Below are positions 14,524 to 16,954 of a stretch of DNA of 16,954 bases, piece after piece. Source of the stretch: a bacterium (GTDB lineage: Bacteria; Sysuimicrobiota; Sysuimicrobiia; Sysuimicrobiales; Kaftiobacteriaceae); contig JBIOWP010000103.1 in NCBI GenBank assembly GCA_044868695.1, positions 1-16,954 on the forward strand, given 5' to 3'. The position numbers and the translations under genes were made by a program. The first letter of the stretch is position 1, and the number at the start of each line of letters is the position of its first letter. Under the pieces are notes generated by a model, which was not told where the DNA came from, made no database searches, and saw only the letters and a list, made by a program, of their open reading frames with translations.

Positions 14524-15709
14524 TCCCTGGGCCAAAGCCGCCGCAGAATACGAACGGGTCACCAACGGCCGGGTGCGGGTGGAGTGGATTTCTTCCCCCT
14601 GGCCGGGCATCCAGACGCGGCTGGCGACGACATTTGCCGCCGGGGACACGTCGATCGACATCACCAAGACCTGGGGCGGGTGGACCAACGAGTTCTGGCC
14701 GTTCTTCCAGGCCATCGATGACAAGTGGCCCGCCAGACAGCGGGAGTCGTTGCTCACATATGCGCTGCATCCGGTGTCCGCGGCCGGCCACGTCTACGGC
14801 GTGCCCCGGCATGTCACCCTCTACTACTTCTACTGGAACAAGAAGATGTTCCAGGAAGCCGGACTGGATCCCGACAAACCACCGCAGACGTACGATGAGC
14901 TGGTGGCGATGTGCACCAAGCTCACGAAGGACCGCGACGGTGACGGCCGCATCGACCAGTGGGGGTATGCGGAGAGCATGGAAGTCGGCTCCACGATGCT
15001 GAACACCTTTGAACGGTGGCTGTACCGCGCCGGCGGCGACATTCTCAACCCGCAGGGCACGCCGGTCTTCAACGACCGCCGGGGCCTGCGCGCCCTCCAG
15101 GCGTCGTACGACCTGATGTACAAACACAAGTGCATGGACACCGGGCAGCTCCAGCTGGGCAACGTCGCCACCCGCCAGGTGTTCAACGCCGGCCGTGTGG
15201 CGATGATGTCCATGTGGGGATCGGGCTGGGCCGAGGCCAACGATCCCACCCGTGCCACGAAGGACGTCCTCGGCAACGTGGGCGTCACGATTCTGCCGTC
15301 GCTGGATCCGTCGGTCACGCGCAGCGCCACGATTCACGGCTCGGAGGGGTACGCCATCACCAAAGCGGCGGCGCAGCGTGGGGTCCTGGAGGAAGCCTGG
15401 AAGCTCCTTCAGCATATGACCTCCCCGACCGTGCAGCTGGAAGGGCTGCGGACCCGCGGTTATATGCCCCCGGCGCTGTCGCTGTACACGAATCCTGAAC
15501 TGACACGCGATCCCAGCCTCGGGCCCTTGATGGCCGCGACGGCCGGGGCGGGCCTGTATCCGGTGAAACGGTTTGTCTGGTCGGAGTACCCGCGGCTTGA
15601 GGATGCCATTGAGTCCGAGCTGCAGGCGGCGCTGCGCGGACGTAAACCGCTGCAGGCCGCGCTCGATTCGGCGGCGGCGGCGGTCGCCCGCATCCTGCGG
15701 GGACCGTAG
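14393..15709 (+). CDS. Sugar ABC transporter (CUT1) solute-binding protein
   Basis: GGGGGAG RBS; Sec signal without Cys; GHVYGVP...YFYWNKKMFQEAGLDPDKPPQTYDEL; DRDGDGRIDQWG loop; FNAGRVAMM..G.W; AWKLLQHMTSP. Confidence 0.95.
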   Translation: MRSRFRGEIILLVIVLLSLISSGTPLGAQQPLVLRVLDEGPTGNPWAKAAAEYERVTNGRVRVEWISSPWPGIQTRLATTFAAGDTSIDITKTWGGWTNEFWPFFQAIDDKWPARQRESLLTYALHPVSAAGHVYGVPRHVTLYYFYWNKKMFQEAGLDPDKPPQTYDELVAMCTKLTKDRDGDGRIDQWGYAESMEVGSTMLNTFERWLYRAGGDILNPQGTPVFNDRRGLRALQASYDLMYKHKCMDTGQLQLGNVATRQVFNAGRVAMMSMWGSGWAEANDPTRATKDVLGNVGVTILPSLDPSVTRSATIHGSEGYAITKAAAQRGVLEEAWKLLQHMTSPTVQLEGLRTRGYMPPALSLYTNPELTRDPSLGPLMAATAGAGLYPVKRFVWSEYPRLEDAIESELQAALRGRKPLQAALDSAAAAVARILRGP

Positions 15710-15715
15710 GCGGCG

Positions 15716-16639
15716 TTGGGGCTCGCCGGCGCGCACAGAGACGTTGCCATCGGGCAGACACGGCGTCGCCTGCAGGCGCGGGCGACGCCGTTCTTCCTCT
15801 TGCTGCCGGCCCTGGGGCTGCTGGCCGCGGTCGCAGCGTTCCCGCTGGTCGGCGCCGTCCGCATCAGCCTGCTGCAGCTGCGCATCAACACGCCTGAGCG
15901 GTTCGTGGGCTTCGAGAACTATCGCCGCCTGCTCTCCGACCCCCAGATGCTGGAGTCGGCGGGCCTCACCGCGGTGTTTGTTCTCTGCGCCGTGACGGCC
16001 GTGGTCCTCTTGGCCTACCTGCTGGCGCTGCTGCTGTACCAGGAGTTCCCGGGGCGCCGGCTCGTCCGCACGGTCGTCCTGATTCCCTGGGCACTCGCGC
16101 CGGTGGTCAACGGCATCATGTGGAAGTCTCTGTACGCGCCCAACTTCGGACCGCTCAACGACATCCTCGGCCGGCTCGGCATCCTCCCCCAGAGCGTCAA
16201 CTGGCTCATCGACTACCCCATGGCGAGCCTGATCCTGGCTTACGTCTGGAAAGTGCTCCCGCTGCCGACGCTGATCATCCTGGCGGGCCTGGAGGGAATC
16301 CCTCAGGAACTCTATGAAGCCGCAGAAGTGGACGGCGCCGGGTCGGTCACCCGGTTCCGCCGGATCACGGTGCCGCTGCTGCGGACGGTGACGCTGCTCA
16401 CGGTGATCCTGATGCTCGTCGACGCGCTCCATGTCTTTGCGATCGTTGACATCCTCACCCACGGGGGACCGGCCGGCCGCACCATGGTCCTGAACTACTC
16501 CATCTTCCGTACCGCGTTCCGCTACCTGGACTTCGGATACGGCACCGCGATGGCGTTTGCGCTCACGGCCCTGGTCCTGGTGCTATCGTTCTTCTACCTG
16601 CGCGCCCAGGCTGGCGCCGCGATGGCGGAGGGACGATGA
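15716..16639 (+). CDS. Sugar ABC transporter permease (MalF-like)
   Basis: FVGFENYRRLLSDP, LIPWALAPVV, WKVLP, EAA loop ELYEAAEVDGAGSVTRFRRITVPLL, LTHGGP; TTG start. Confidence 0.96.
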   Translation: MGLAGAHRDVAIGQTRRRLQARATPFFLLLPALGLLAAVAAFPLVGAVRISLLQLRINTPERFVGFENYRRLLSDPQMLESAGLTAVFVLCAVTAVVLLAYLLALLLYQEFPGRRLVRTVVLIPWALAPVVNGIMWKSLYAPNFGPLNDILGRLGILPQSVNWLIDYPMASLILAYVWKVLPLPTLIILAGLEGIPQELYEAAEVDGAGSVTRFRRITVPLLRTVTLLTVILMLVDALHVFAIVDILTHGGPAGRTMVLNYSIFRTAFRYLDFGYGTAMAFALTALVLVLSFFYLRAQAGAAMAEGR

Positions 16640-16954
16640 GGCGGGCCGCGCGGGCGGGAAAGGCTCTCTTCATCTACTCCGCCGTCGCCGTGGTGGTGAC
16701 CTGGGCCCTCTTCCCGGTCCTGTGGATCGCGGCCTCGAGCATCCGTCCCCAGTACGAAATCGTCGCAACGCCGCTGCGCTATCTGCCTCACACGATTACG
16801 TTCCGCAGCTACGCGATGGCGTTCGAGGACCCGGCCTTCATGCGGGCGCTGCGGAACACCGTGGCGGTCGCGTCATTCACCACGCTGCTGGCGCTCGCGG
16901 CGGGCGCCCTCGCCGCCTACGCCTTTGCGCGGTTCGACTTCGCCCTGAAGCGAC
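16636..16954 (+). CDS. Sugar ABC transporter permease (MalG-like), truncated by window end
   Basis: Hand translation from ATG 16636 (ATGA overlap): MRRAARAGKALFIYSAVAVVVTWALFPVLWIAASSIRPQYEIVATPLRYLPHTITFRSY...LRNTVAVASFTTLLALAAGALAAYAFARFDF. Confidence 0.93.
   Translation, partial: MRRAARAGKALFIYSAVAVVVTWALFPVLWIAASSIRPQYEIVATPLRYLPHTITFRSYAMAFEDPAFMRALRNTVAVASFTTLLALAAGALAAYAFARFDFALKR

Noticed and set aside
14929..14964. DRDGDGRIDQWG Ca-binding-like loop in the solute-binding protein
   Set aside because: A common insert in CUT1 solute-binding proteins; not novel.
14333..16462. 709-aa minus-strand ORF, the longest in the track
   Set aside because: Antisense shadow of the GC-rich ABC transporter genes; Arg/Gln/Gly-rich, no domain.
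1..16954. CRISPR arrays, tRNA/rRNA genes, transposases, integrases
   Set aside because: No regularly spaced repeats, tRNA/rRNA signatures or recombinase motifs seen; repeats in the ASPIC gene are protein-level FG-GAP repeats.

Overview
GC-rich bacterial window with no rRNA, tRNA, CRISPR or recognisable transposase. Left half (1-8445, minus strand) is the front end of a polysaccharide-export locus, in transcription order: possible small ORF, OPX/Wza-like exporter without a lipobox, Wzc/GumC-like co-polymerase with an extra C-terminal hydrophobic segment, a stand-alone CpsD/CapB BY-kinase homologue that looks catalytically dead (Walker A Lys->Ala, EX2RX2R lost, no Tyr cluster), a NusG paralogue (RfaH/UpxY/LoaP-like), a secreted beta-helix protein, a strong intergenic hairpin, a CRTAC1/ASPIC-UnbV FG-GAP protein, and an acyl-CoA dehydrogenase resembling L-prolyl-PCP dehydrogenases. 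That last gene runs off the window and is absent from the ORF track. The middle holds two coupled secreted hypothetical genes (+), proC and an orphan NarL/LuxR response regulator (-), a candidate ~130-nt structured RNA and a decayed Rrf2 pseudogene. The right end is a GntR(FCD) regulator with a palindromic operator followed by a CUT1 sugar ABC transporter. Best novelty candidate (inference): an antiterminated, pseudokinase-containing polysaccharide export system linked to a proline-derived pyrrole acylation pathway. All family assignments come from motif recognition by eye; no searches were run.
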